From an uncultured Methanosarcinaceae archaeon (GTDB taxonomy: Archaea; Halobacteriota; Methanosarcinia; Methanosarcinales; Methanosarcinaceae), in contig CAWJYV010000010.1 in the NCBI GenBank assembly GCA_963847185.1, positions 480,001-544,000 on the forward strand: a DNA stretch of 64,000 bases, written 5' to 3'. The position numbers and the translations under genes are program-made. Positions 8,554 through 17,890 of the stretch are shown here, piece by piece. Every line of letters starts with the position of its first letter. The first letter of the stretch is position 1. The notes beneath the pieces were generated by a model. It ran no database searches. It saw only the letters and a program-made list of their open reading frames with translations, and was not told the origin of the DNA.

Positions 8554-10587
8554 CTTGGCATTGACGCAGGTGGAACTTATACTGATTCGGTTTTAGTCCG
8601 GAAACCGGATGGAAAAGTCATATGCTCAAACAAGGCACTCACAAGTTATCCTGATCCTCTGGAGGGGATAAAGAAATCAATTGACGGACTTGATCAGGAA
8701 AAACTAAAATCCGTGACTGTAGTTTCGGTTTCAACTACTCTTGCCACCAATACCATCCTTGAAAAAACAGGGTATCCTGTTGGGTTAATTTTTATAGGAG
8801 ATTACGAAATCCCTGCGGATTCGGGAATTGAAAATTATATCATGGTAGAGGGAGGACATGACAGCAACGGAGATGAAATAGCTCCTCTTGACATTTCAGG
8901 AATAGAGAAATTCATACTTGGAATTAAAGACAGAGTTTCAGCTTTTGCAGTCTCTTCCTATTTCAGTGTGCGAAACCCGGAGCATGAACTGTGCGTAAAA
9001 ACTCTCATTCAGGAACTTACAGGGATGCCTGTTGTCTGCGGACATGAGCTGGCGCAGTCTCTCGGAGCTTATGAAAGGGGAGTTACAGCTTATCTCAATG
9101 CCCAGCTTCTGCCTGTAGCAGAGGGTTTTTTAAAGACAGTAGTAAGCGAAATAGAAAACATAGGGTTGAGCCCGAGAATTGCTATGCTTCGCTGCGATGG
9201 GTCTGTAGTAAGCATGCATGAAGCCATGAAAAGACCTATCGAATCTGTCTTTTCAGGCCCGGCAGCAAGCCTTCTTGGGGCTGCTTATCTTTCAGGATAT
9301 GAGACCTGCACAGTTATTGACGTTGGAGGGACAAGTACGGATGTATCCTTAATCCAGAATGGGCTTCCTCACCTTAGCGAAACGGGAGCAGTTGTGGGCG
9401 GCTGGCAAACCAAAGTTAGAGCACTGCGAATGGAGACCTCAGCCATGGGAGGAGATAGTCACGTCTGGGTCCAGAACGGAAACACGAACATAGGACCCCG
9501 ACGGGTCATTCCGCTTTGCAGGGCAGCAATTCTCTACCCAGGCTTTATGGACACCCTGAAAAAACGCTGGATTCCGGACAGGCTCAAGTTGAACGAGCAT
9601 ATACAGGCAACAAAATTTTTTGTCCGGACAGAGCAGAAGCCTGTCAATTTGAACCGGGAAGAAAAAGAGCTCCTTGCCCTTATAAAGAATGAGCCTCTTT
9701 CCCTCAAAGATGTTTACTGGGACAAAAATATCCTTCCTTCGAGGAAAGTAATGGACTCTCTAATTCTGAAGCGGCTTGTCCAGGCAATCGGTTTTACCCC
9801 TACTGATGCCCTGCACGTGCTCGGCGAATATTCGGAATGGGATGCCAAGGCCTCGGAAATCGGAGCTACTTTGCTTGCAAACTTTATAGGGACCAATAAA
9901 CACGAGTTCTGTCTAAACGTGAAGAGGCTTTTTGCCAGAAACATGGCCAGAGATCTTCTTGCATTTTTGATGGAAGGTGTGGACAGAGCAGAAATTGAAA
10001 AAATGCTTGAAGGAAATTTCTTTTCCCGCTTTAAAATTGATATTCCTGTTGTCCTGCTTGGAGGCCCTGTAGTCGCATATGTAAATGAACTGAAGAAGCT
10101 GGTAGATGCCGAAATTGTTGTCCCGGAATATTCTGATGTCGGAAACGCGGTCGGATCTCTTGCAGGAAAAGGTAGCAAGCGCGTTGAGATAACAGTTCGC
10201 ACACTTTATAGCGAGTCAAAATATGACCTTAAGACAAAAGGTATTTTTGTATACACGCCTGCAGGAAGGAGGCATTTCGTAATCAGAGATGAAGCGATGA
10301 ATTTTGTTGAGGAGTTCGGAAAGGAGTTAATTCTTGATTACATGGCAGAATCCGGACTTTCCCCAAACCAGGTTATAATTAATGTAGAAAAAAAAGAAAT
10401 AATAACCCATGCTGGTGAAATTCCCATAGAGACCAGACTTATCTTTGAGGGAATTGCAAATTCCGATGTCTATGAAAAAGCCCTATCTGGATCGAATAAA
10501 AACGATGAAGGCTCTAAAAAGTTAACAGAGCAGGCTCATTCTCTGGATTCCAATTCTCATTGGGGAACTTCTGCCTCTGAAAATTAG
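8470..10587 (+). CDS. hydantoinase/oxoprolinase family protein, tandem paralog
   Basis: Same motifs as 6197-8158; N-terminal 6-aa repeat extension. Confidence 0.92.
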   Translation: MACNPKTACNPKMAYNQEAANNPEMAYHLGIDAGGTYTDSVLVRKPDGKVICSNKALTSYPDPLEGIKKSIDGLDQEKLKSVTVVSVSTTLATNTILEKTGYPVGLIFIGDYEIPADSGIENYIMVEGGHDSNGDEIAPLDISGIEKFILGIKDRVSAFAVSSYFSVRNPEHELCVKTLIQELTGMPVVCGHELAQSLGAYERGVTAYLNAQLLPVAEGFLKTVVSEIENIGLSPRIAMLRCDGSVVSMHEAMKRPIESVFSGPAASLLGAAYLSGYETCTVIDVGGTSTDVSLIQNGLPHLSETGAVVGGWQTKVRALRMETSAMGGDSHVWVQNGNTNIGPRRVIPLCRAAILYPGFMDTLKKRWIPDRLKLNEHIQATKFFVRTEQKPVNLNREEKELLALIKNEPLSLKDVYWDKNILPSRKVMDSLILKRLVQAIGFTPTDALHVLGEYSEWDAKASEIGATLLANFIGTNKHEFCLNVKRLFARNMARDLLAFLMEGVDRAEIEKMLEGNFFSRFKIDIPVVLLGGPVVAYVNELKKLVDAEIVVPEYSDVGNAVGSLAGKGSKRVEITVRTLYSESKYDLKTKGIFVYTPAGRRHFVIRDEAMNFVEEFGKELILDYMAESGLSPNQVIINVEKKEIITHAGEIPIETRLIFEGIANSDVYEKALSGSNKNDEGSKKLTEQAHSLDSNSHWGTSASEN

Positions 10588-10753
10588 GAGTGAAAAGGAT
10601 AAAGTTCATAACTTTGCTGTACGTTTCAAACATTGAAGAAGGACTATCAGCTCAATAGTTCAGTTTACTACTGTAGAAAAGTTTTAAATTATTTGCGTGT
10701 ATAGTGCTTGCTCATACAACCCACAGCAAATTATAGTACACTAAGGAGTTAAC

Positions 10754-11305
10754 ATGATCCCAAGAAAAGCATTTTTGACAAAGGGTACCGGGGTACACAA
10801 GGATAGATTAGCATCATTTGAACTTGCACTAAGAGCTGCGAGAATAGAGAAATACAACCTTGTAAGTGTTTCAAGTATTTTACCCCCCAATTGTAAACTC
10901 GTACCCAAAGAAGAAGGACTCATGGAGCTGAAGCCTGGTGCCATTGTCCATTGTGTACTCGCCAGGAATGATACAAACGAACCTCATCGTTTGATGGCTT
11001 CAGCTATAGGAACCGCTGTTCCTGTAAATGAAGAGAACTATGGCTACATTTCTGAACACCACTCTTTCGGAGAAGAAGAAATTATTGCAGGAGAATATGC
11101 CGAGGACCTGGCAGCAACTATGCTTGCAACGACTCTGGGCATAGAGTTTGATGCTGAAATGGCCTGGCATGAGAGAGAGCAGGTATACAAAGCAAGCGGG
11201 CATATTTTTGACAGTTTCCACATCTGTCAGACTGCAAAAGGAGACAAAGACGGTAGATGGACCACTGTTGTAGCTGCTATGGTCTTTGTAACAAAGCCAG
11301 ATTAA
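10754..11305 (+). CDS. pdaD: pyruvoyl-dependent arginine decarboxylase
   Basis: SFELALRAARIEKYNLVSVSSILPP with the Ser-Ser autocleavage site; YGYISEHH; WTTVVAA. Confidence 0.93.
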   Translation: MIPRKAFLTKGTGVHKDRLASFELALRAARIEKYNLVSVSSILPPNCKLVPKEEGLMELKPGAIVHCVLARNDTNEPHRLMASAIGTAVPVNEENYGYISEHHSFGEEEIIAGEYAEDLAATMLATTLGIEFDAEMAWHEREQVYKASGHIFDSFHICQTAKGDKDGRWTTVVAAMVFVTKPD

Positions 11306-11410
11306 TAATGAATAACGAAAAATGTAAAAATTGGATTTATGGTAAATTTAGAGCAATAGATTAAAAATAATGAAAAGAACTGTTTTTAAATTGAAATCAG
11401 GGGAAGAAAA

Positions 11411-12388
11411 TTAGAGCTTCCCCCTCCTCATTGAGATGTAAGGCTGGAAGAATCTGTTCCAGACATCCCGAAAGTATTCTTTTGAATTATTTGGCCACGT
11501 GGGAGTACTGTAGCCGACTATTACAGCTCCTGCAAGAATGAAGATGCAACCTTCTATTGTATTTGACTGGAGAGGTTCTCCAAGAAGCAAACAGCAGAGG
11601 AAGATGCTGCTTACTGGCTCAAGAAGAGAGATAACAGCTGCGGTCTGTGCCTTTATACGCGCTACTCCTCTAAGATACAGAAGCGAGGCAAAAGCAGTTG
11701 CAATAACACCTAAAGGTATGAGAATATTCAGGTTTTCAAGCAGTACTGGCCCGGATACCGAAATCCCGAAAGGCAGGAGAAGAACGAGGCTTACTGATGT
11801 TGACCAGAACATCTGTTCTACGGCTGAATAAAGTTCCTTAAGGTAATTAACTACCATGATCGAACAGCCATACGAAAGCCCCGAAAGTAGCCCAAAAAGA
11901 AGTCCTGTGGAATAACCTCCATTCCCTCCTGAAAAAATAATCTCCATAATATTAGAAGGGCTTACTGCAAGAAGTATACCTGAAACAGAAAGAGTAAGTG
12001 CAAGCATATCTCGAAGGGTTACATGTTCTTTCAAAAGGAAAGGAGAAAAAAAAGTCACATATATAGGGGCTGTGTACATGAGAAGTACGGAGACAGAGAT
12101 GCCAATGTTTTTGATTGCGGAAAAATAAGCAAGCATTGTTATTGTATTTAGAACGCCAAGTAAAAGTACGTAATACTTTTTTTGATTAAGTTTAATATCT
12201 TTAATTCCTTTAAATATTACGAAATACCCCAGAATCACTGCAAAACCGAAGTAAAGCCGGTAAAATAAGATAGAACCTGCCCCCATATCCTTAATTTCCC
12301 TTACAAAAATCCCTATCATCCCGAAGAGGATGCATGAGGCAGTGACTGCAGTAATTGGGTTACTATTTTCTTTTAAGTTTTGAGGCAT
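11411..12388 (-). CDS. EamA/DMT family transporter
   Basis: About 10 TM segments; SVLLMYTAPIYV and AVISLLEPVSS duplicated EamA motifs. Confidence 0.9.
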   Translation of the reverse strand: MPQNLKENSNPITAVTASCILFGMIGIFVREIKDMGAGSILFYRLYFGFAVILGYFVIFKGIKDIKLNQKKYYVLLLGVLNTITMLAYFSAIKNIGISVSVLLMYTAPIYVTFFSPFLLKEHVTLRDMLALTLSVSGILLAVSPSNIMEIIFSGGNGGYSTGLLFGLLSGLSYGCSIMVVNYLKELYSAVEQMFWSTSVSLVLLLPFGISVSGPVLLENLNILIPLGVIATAFASLLYLRGVARIKAQTAAVISLLEPVSSIFLCCLLLGEPLQSNTIEGCIFILAGAVIVGYSTPTWPNNSKEYFRDVWNRFFQPYISMRRGKL

Positions 12389-12567
12389 ACTTGAAGAATG
12401 AATAATCGGGACAGAATATAAAACTATCTAAAATAATTTACAAGATATTTTATACAAAAATTAATATTTAATTTTTAAAAAGTTCTTTATAATGGAAACA
12501 ATTTATGTAAAGATTAAGCTCTACATTTTTCTATGTCGGTGGACTCGAAATTGCTTCAATTACTTAA

Positions 12568-14787
12568 TCAATTTGCGGGCGAATCAATTAACTGAACTTT
12601 TTGAATTGCTATACTCAACTCCCTTGTATCATTACTTTTTATCTCCTGAGAGTCACTTTGTTTTTCTGTGCCTTCAGGTACATGGAAAAGAATGGTATTT
12701 TTTCCCTGTTTTAAGGTGATTGGAATATTTACTGGGCTTAAACTGGTGTTGATAATTTGTTTACTCTGAAGAGTTTTACCATTATAAACCTCCAGTGTTT
12801 TTGGAGAATGGAAGCTGCATGCCTCGAATTTTAATGCTACATCTTCAGTACCACCTGAATAAATCAATATTGTAGCATTATTTGAAATCCTTCTTGCTGT
12901 TGTGCCATTCAAATTCTCCCTATTATTCCATCCATTACCTAAAAGCATAAAGGGACGAACTGTCTGGTCTGGAACACGATAAACAATGAGTCCGTCTTCG
13001 GCATATATTTCCGGTTCAGTTTTAAGTGTCTTTTTCAATAAATCATTCACAAAATCTAACTGAGTACTTGATAACTGATTTTTGTGGATAACAACATACC
13101 TTATATTATTGGCATTTAGAACTGAAGCACCTATATCAGTAACATCTTCTTGTAAAATATCTTTATTTTGTAGAGAATAGTATTTTAATTCTCTAATAAG
13201 TGGGGTTTCTTTTTGAAAATTGTTGACATTAGCTGGATATCTCGCTGCATATCCACCGACAAGAGGTTTATTATGGACTGTTTGATAGTACAAATACTGA
13301 AACTCCATATATCCTGCATTAGCGCTTTGCGGAATTTCAAGCAACGCATAGTTATCAGTATCATTACCAATTTTAGAGTAAAAATCAGGAACATTTACCG
13401 GTGCAGTTGGGTATGGAATACACATGTATTCAAAAATTATCAGAAGACCAACTATTGCAAAGATGAGTTTTTTTCTTTCTGGCTTATACTTAAGTAATTC
13501 CGACAAACCATATCCTGCAAGGACGGAGTAGCCAAGTGCTGCAATAACAAAAAACCTGCCAACTGTCCTGCAATTTTTCAGGAAGGGAACTGTATTGTAT
13601 AGTAGCTGATATGGAAGTGGTATTTTCAGATTTAAGTCAGTGAAGGAATACACTCCATTAAAATGTAATATGGGTCCCAAACTAATTATTGTAAAGAAAA
13701 ATGTAGATACTAACCAGAACTTTATGTCAGGATTTTTCCTTGATTTCAGGAATGAAAGGGCTGAAAGTCCCAGAACGATGTATCCGATAAAGTTTACTTT
13801 TTCAGCAAACCAGCTTGGTATGTTTGAATATAAATCCAGTGTAAATTGGCCAAATAACGGATGCAAATGAGAAGGGAGGAAAAAGCTCATCAAATCATTT
13901 GATAATTTCGGAATCTCGTTAGCACTTGGTTTTAAGAAGTTTTGATTTGAAAGGGCAATAAGTATTTCGTTGATGGTTAAAGGTAATACTCCGAGAAAAG
14001 TGACCCCGCCAAAGAAAAAATATTTTTTAACTATTTCTTTTACAGAATAAGTAAAGTTTTTCTCGGAACTGAGAGTCATGTAAAAGTCATATAAAAATAC
14101 TAATCCTGTAAAGATTCCCATAAAAATCAGATACTGCAGGTCGCTCATAGCTACCAGAATAAAAAATATTCCTGCAAGGATCGGATTTTTTATTCCTCCC
14201 TCTTTAACTGTTTTCATAAGAAACAGAGCACAAAAGGGGATCCACTGAACTGTTCCTGCTCCGAAAAAGTATAGTCCTCTGGAAAAGTGGTATGGTGAAA
14301 ATGCAAATATAATTCCTGCAATGAAGGCAGCATATTTATTATCCGTAAGATATTTTACCAGCAAATACGAACCGATAGCTCCTATTATGAAAGTTAAGAG
14401 CCATAATATCGTGTATATGACATGCAGTTCTAAAAAGGGAGACAGCAGTACGTAAGAGATTTGATTAAATGCGGATGGAAACGGCATTGACTCTATTCCA
14501 TTCGGATAAAAAAGTAGATGATCATGTGTAAAAGCTGCTAAATCTGCTTCCTGTATTGCTGTTTTTGTGTACCATAAGATTCTCATCCATTGATATGAAT
14601 CCGCACCCATTCCGGGAATACTTGTTTTTATCTTGAATAAGACAGGATAAGTAAGAATAGCCGTCAAAAAAGTATATAATATGCTCACTAAAGAATATTC
14701 CTGTAGACTGCTAAAATGCTTATCTATAAAACTTCGGTTTTTTTCTATGTTAGCCGTTTTTTTTATTTTCACGAAGTTGTCTCCCAA
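12568..14787 (-). CDS. multi-TM GT-C-like glycosyltransferase (YfhO-like) with C-terminal extracellular domain
   Basis: Early loop ADSYQ; AGIIFAFSPYH; RTVGRF; YQTVHNKPLVGGY; part of a GT2/flippase cassette. Confidence 0.7.
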   Translation of the reverse strand: MGDNFVKIKKTANIEKNRSFIDKHFSSLQEYSLVSILYTFLTAILTYPVLFKIKTSIPGMGADSYQWMRILWYTKTAIQEADLAAFTHDHLLFYPNGIESMPFPSAFNQISYVLLSPFLELHVIYTILWLLTFIIGAIGSYLLVKYLTDNKYAAFIAGIIFAFSPYHFSRGLYFFGAGTVQWIPFCALFLMKTVKEGGIKNPILAGIFFILVAMSDLQYLIFMGIFTGLVFLYDFYMTLSSEKNFTYSVKEIVKKYFFFGGVTFLGVLPLTINEILIALSNQNFLKPSANEIPKLSNDLMSFFLPSHLHPLFGQFTLDLYSNIPSWFAEKVNFIGYIVLGLSALSFLKSRKNPDIKFWLVSTFFFTIISLGPILHFNGVYSFTDLNLKIPLPYQLLYNTVPFLKNCRTVGRFFVIAALGYSVLAGYGLSELLKYKPERKKLIFAIVGLLIIFEYMCIPYPTAPVNVPDFYSKIGNDTDNYALLEIPQSANAGYMEFQYLYYQTVHNKPLVGGYAARYPANVNNFQKETPLIRELKYYSLQNKDILQEDVTDIGASVLNANNIRYVVIHKNQLSSTQLDFVNDLLKKTLKTEPEIYAEDGLIVYRVPDQTVRPFMLLGNGWNNRENLNGTTARRISNNATILIYSGGTEDVALKFEACSFHSPKTLEVYNGKTLQSKQIINTSLSPVNIPITLKQGKNTILFHVPEGTEKQSDSQEIKSNDTRELSIAIQKVQLIDSPAN

Positions 14788-14805
14788 TTTCCAGAGTATT
14801 TTTAG

Positions 14806-14870
14806 TTTTATTTTATTTTATTTTATTTTATTTTATTGTATTTTATTGTATTTTGTTTTATTTTGTTTTA
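14806..14870. repeat. pentanucleotide microsatellite (TTTTA)n, 13 units, first 6 perfect
   Basis: TTTTA x6 followed by TTGTA/TTTTG variants in the gap between the methyltransferase and GT-C genes. Confidence 0.9.
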
Positions 14871-14893
14871 TTTTTAAAATAAACATTAGCTGC

Positions 14894-15478
14894 TTATTTT
14901 TTGCATAGAACCATAGTCCAGGGAAACGGCTTTCGGACTTCCAGCACCTCGAAATAGGTTTCGATTAAACTCACGAACTTTCCTGAACTCCAGTTCTGAA
15001 CATGTTCAAGATCATTTCCAAAACGTGTCAAATTTTTACCCCGCAAGAAATTCATTGCGCGGAAATAAGGTTCATTAGGCACACTGAGAATACAGTAATT
15101 TTTAGTTATTCGTTTGATTTCCTGAAGGGCTAGATCCGGTTTTTCAAGGTGTTCCAGCACTTCTGTTGCTATAACAAGGTCGAAACTCCTTTCTTTAAAA
15201 GAAATATCATAAATACTCCCTGAGCATAGATTACATCCTGGGTTTTTTTCCTTTGCAACTCTTAGAGCATTCCTTGAGATATCAACGCCTGTGATATGAG
15301 GGAAATCAAGACAGTTAATAACAAACCCTTCTCCACAGCCTATATCAATAACATTATTTATATTTTCTAACGGGGCTACAGTTTCTTTCAGATTTTTCAT
15401 GAAATTAGATATAACTATACCCATAAGCGGATTTTTAGAATTGTATTTTTTGTAATTTCGACTCTGATTCCGGTTCAT
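14894..15478 (-). CDS. class I SAM-dependent methyltransferase
   Basis: VIDIGCGEG motif I; FDLVIATEVLEHL. Confidence 0.9.
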   Translation of the reverse strand: MNRNQSRNYKKYNSKNPLMGIVISNFMKNLKETVAPLENINNVIDIGCGEGFVINCLDFPHITGVDISRNALRVAKEKNPGCNLCSGSIYDISFKERSFDLVIATEVLEHLEKPDLALQEIKRITKNYCILSVPNEPYFRAMNFLRGKNLTRFGNDLEHVQNWSSGKFVSLIETYFEVLEVRKPFPWTMVLCKK

Positions 15479-15535
15479 TTAAGCCCCACCTTTTTATAAC
15501 AGTTATACAACGATTCTACCTGTATTATAGAAATT

Positions 15536-16438
15536 TTAAGGTTTTTTTCTTAAAGTAAGCATGAATCCAAATACTGCCGGCAATAATGAAGTTAAGAGAT
15601 AAAGGATAACAGAGCAGGAAAAGCCGTATGCAGAGCTTTCACCCAATAAATTGAATATTGTAACGCTTACAAATTCTCTGACTCCAAATCCTGATATAGA
15701 AATTGGGAAGTTACCCAAAACTACTATTATCGGAAGGGAAAACGTGAGTAAACTGTTTAATGCAGGATTTAAGGATTTTATAACTATCCAGTACACAAAT
15801 AAGTTCAGCAAATAATATCCAAGAGTGAGTGAAAAAACAGAAAAAATAACTTTTTTATTTCCAGCAATTTCCTTTATTGTCCGAATATAGTTTTCTTTAT
15901 ATTGATTATTTTGCGAAAATATTCCAAAAATAAGAGTTATGATCTTTTCATTTGTGATGACGACCATTCCGGCAATGAATATCGACATTACTGACGCCAT
16001 AAGATAGATTAAATTTCTGTCATTAAAAAAGAAAACTATTGATAAGACACTTAATACCAGAAGACAGATCATATCAATAATCCTATCCATTATTACGGTT
16101 GGTATGCTTCTGGAGTTTTCAGCGTTCAAGTAAAAAGCTCTCGAGACTTCTCCAGCCCTGCCTGGAGTAAGAGCCCCATAGAAAGTACCTATAAGAATTA
16201 TCTCCAGTGACCTGCGAACCGGAACCCTAACATCAATGCAGTTAAGCAAAGCCTGCCACTTTCTTGCTTTTATTAGATACATGAGAACAATAAAAGGAAG
16301 AGAAGAAGAGAGTAGAACTATATCAATTTGAGTAAAGGTTCCGTAAATAGTATTTACATCAAGTTTACTTACAAGGTAAAACATTAATCCCAGGCTGACT
16401 GCAGTCTTACCTACCGTTTTCCAGTTCATAGCTATCAA
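15536..16438 (-). CDS. lysylphosphatidylglycerol synthase TM-domain / UPF0104 flippase-like protein
   Basis: TPGRAGEVSRA and PISISGFGVRE motifs; multi-TM. Confidence 0.85.
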   Translation of the reverse strand: MIAMNWKTVGKTAVSLGLMFYLVSKLDVNTIYGTFTQIDIVLLSSSLPFIVLMYLIKARKWQALLNCIDVRVPVRRSLEIILIGTFYGALTPGRAGEVSRAFYLNAENSRSIPTVIMDRIIDMICLLVLSVLSIVFFFNDRNLIYLMASVMSIFIAGMVVITNEKIITLIFGIFSQNNQYKENYIRTIKEIAGNKKVIFSVFSLTLGYYLLNLFVYWIVIKSLNPALNSLLTFSLPIIVVLGNFPISISGFGVREFVSVTIFNLLGESSAYGFSCSVILYLLTSLLPAVFGFMLTLRKKP

Positions 16439-17348
16439 AATTTATAATATAGTCATCGTTGTTTCTGGAGTTCGTGATCAGTTCTCCTATCAGTCCCAGA
16501 GATACAAACTGAGCTCCCAGTACTGTAAGTAATATTCCCAGCATCAACAGAGGCCTGTCTCCTATCTTTATACCTCTGATCCACAGATAGACCAGGTGCA
16601 GGTTTATTGTTATTGCTGAGAATATGAGTAAGAAGCCGATACCCCCGAATACGTGAAGGGGTCTTTTCTTGTATAGAGTCAAAAATGTGACTGTAATCAG
16701 GTCCAGAAAGCCTTTAAAAAGTCTTTCAACTCCATATTTGGATTTTCCACGGACTCTGGGGTGATGTTCGACTTCTATTTCTCCAACAGTATATCCTTTC
16801 CAGTGAGCTAGAGCAGGAATATAGCGATGGAATTCTCCATATAAATTTACGTTTTTTACGACATAATTTCTATATCCTTTAAATCCGCAGTTGAAGTCAT
16901 GAATTTTGACTCCTGTGATATATCGAGTCAATGCATTAAAGAATCTTGAGGGAATAGTTTTTGAAACAGGGTCCTGCCTTTTACTCTTCCAGCCTGAAAC
17001 CATATCAAATTCTTTTAATTTTTCAAGAAATCTGGGAATCTCTTTCGGATCGTCCTGCAGATCTCCATCCATAGTAATAACAAAATTTCCCTTTGATTTT
17101 TTGAATCCGCAGGAGAGAGCTGCAGATTTCCCATGGTTCGTCTGGAACCTTATGATTCTAACTTCACTATCTTGGATTGCCTGTAATTTTTCAAAAGTAT
17201 TATCTGTAGATCCATCATCTACAAAGATGATCTCAGATGTTTTACCCAATCTGGATAAAATCTCATGTAATTTATTATATAATTCCTCTACGTTTTCTCC
17301 TTCATTACAAACAGGGATTATAATTGAGAGATCTGGTTTATAGGGCAT
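16407..17348 (-). CDS. glycosyltransferase family 2 (DPM1/ArnC-like polyprenol-phosphate sugar synthase)
   Basis: IIIPVCNE, FVDDGSTD, TMDGDLQDDP and HDFNCGFK motifs; two C-terminal TM segments. Confidence 0.93.
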   Translation of the reverse strand: MPYKPDLSIIIPVCNEGENVEELYNKLHEILSRLGKTSEIIFVDDGSTDNTFEKLQAIQDSEVRIIRFQTNHGKSAALSCGFKKSKGNFVITMDGDLQDDPKEIPRFLEKLKEFDMVSGWKSKRQDPVSKTIPSRFFNALTRYITGVKIHDFNCGFKGYRNYVVKNVNLYGEFHRYIPALAHWKGYTVGEIEVEHHPRVRGKSKYGVERLFKGFLDLITVTFLTLYKKRPLHVFGGIGFLLIFSAITINLHLVYLWIRGIKIGDRPLLMLGILLTVLGAQFVSLGLIGELITNSRNNDDYIINFDSYELENGR

Positions 17349-17890
17349 TTACCGTTTTCTCCTAGAGTGGCTCAATATTTACCTGTAAAACTGCAACTCA
17401 AGTAATTTCTGGGACATAAGTTCACGCTCATCAAATTTGAATCTGGATAATAGAGGAAGATTTGACTTGAAAGTGCAACAGGCTGAAACAAAACCTCTTT
17501 TACAATAATAATTTAAGCCATGCCAAAGTTTCTACGAAACTAATTGATATAATCTTTAAATTAATTTTAAATTATATAAGAAGCTCTTTATTCTATAAAA
17601 TAAACCTAAATAAAGATTACCGGCGTAGTAACAATATCCAATGAGTACAGATAACTTATCTACAAAATTATGTAAAAAGCAATTAATTACTCCCTTTAAA
17701 AGCTAAGATCAGGTTATACTTTTATAAAAATGTTTTTAAAATTCATAAATTTCGATTATCAGCCTGAAATCTTATGCTAAATAACTTGAAACATATAAAC
17801 TGATGCAATATGAAAAAAATTAAAAATGAAAAATGGGGATTTTAAAGAAAAAAGTAACTTTTTAGAAAAATATGTTTTTTGAAACTCACA

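Noticed and set aside
10585-10593. UAG stop of the second hydantoinase-like gene as a Pyl codon
   Set aside because: Followed by GAG TGA; readthrough would add only two residues
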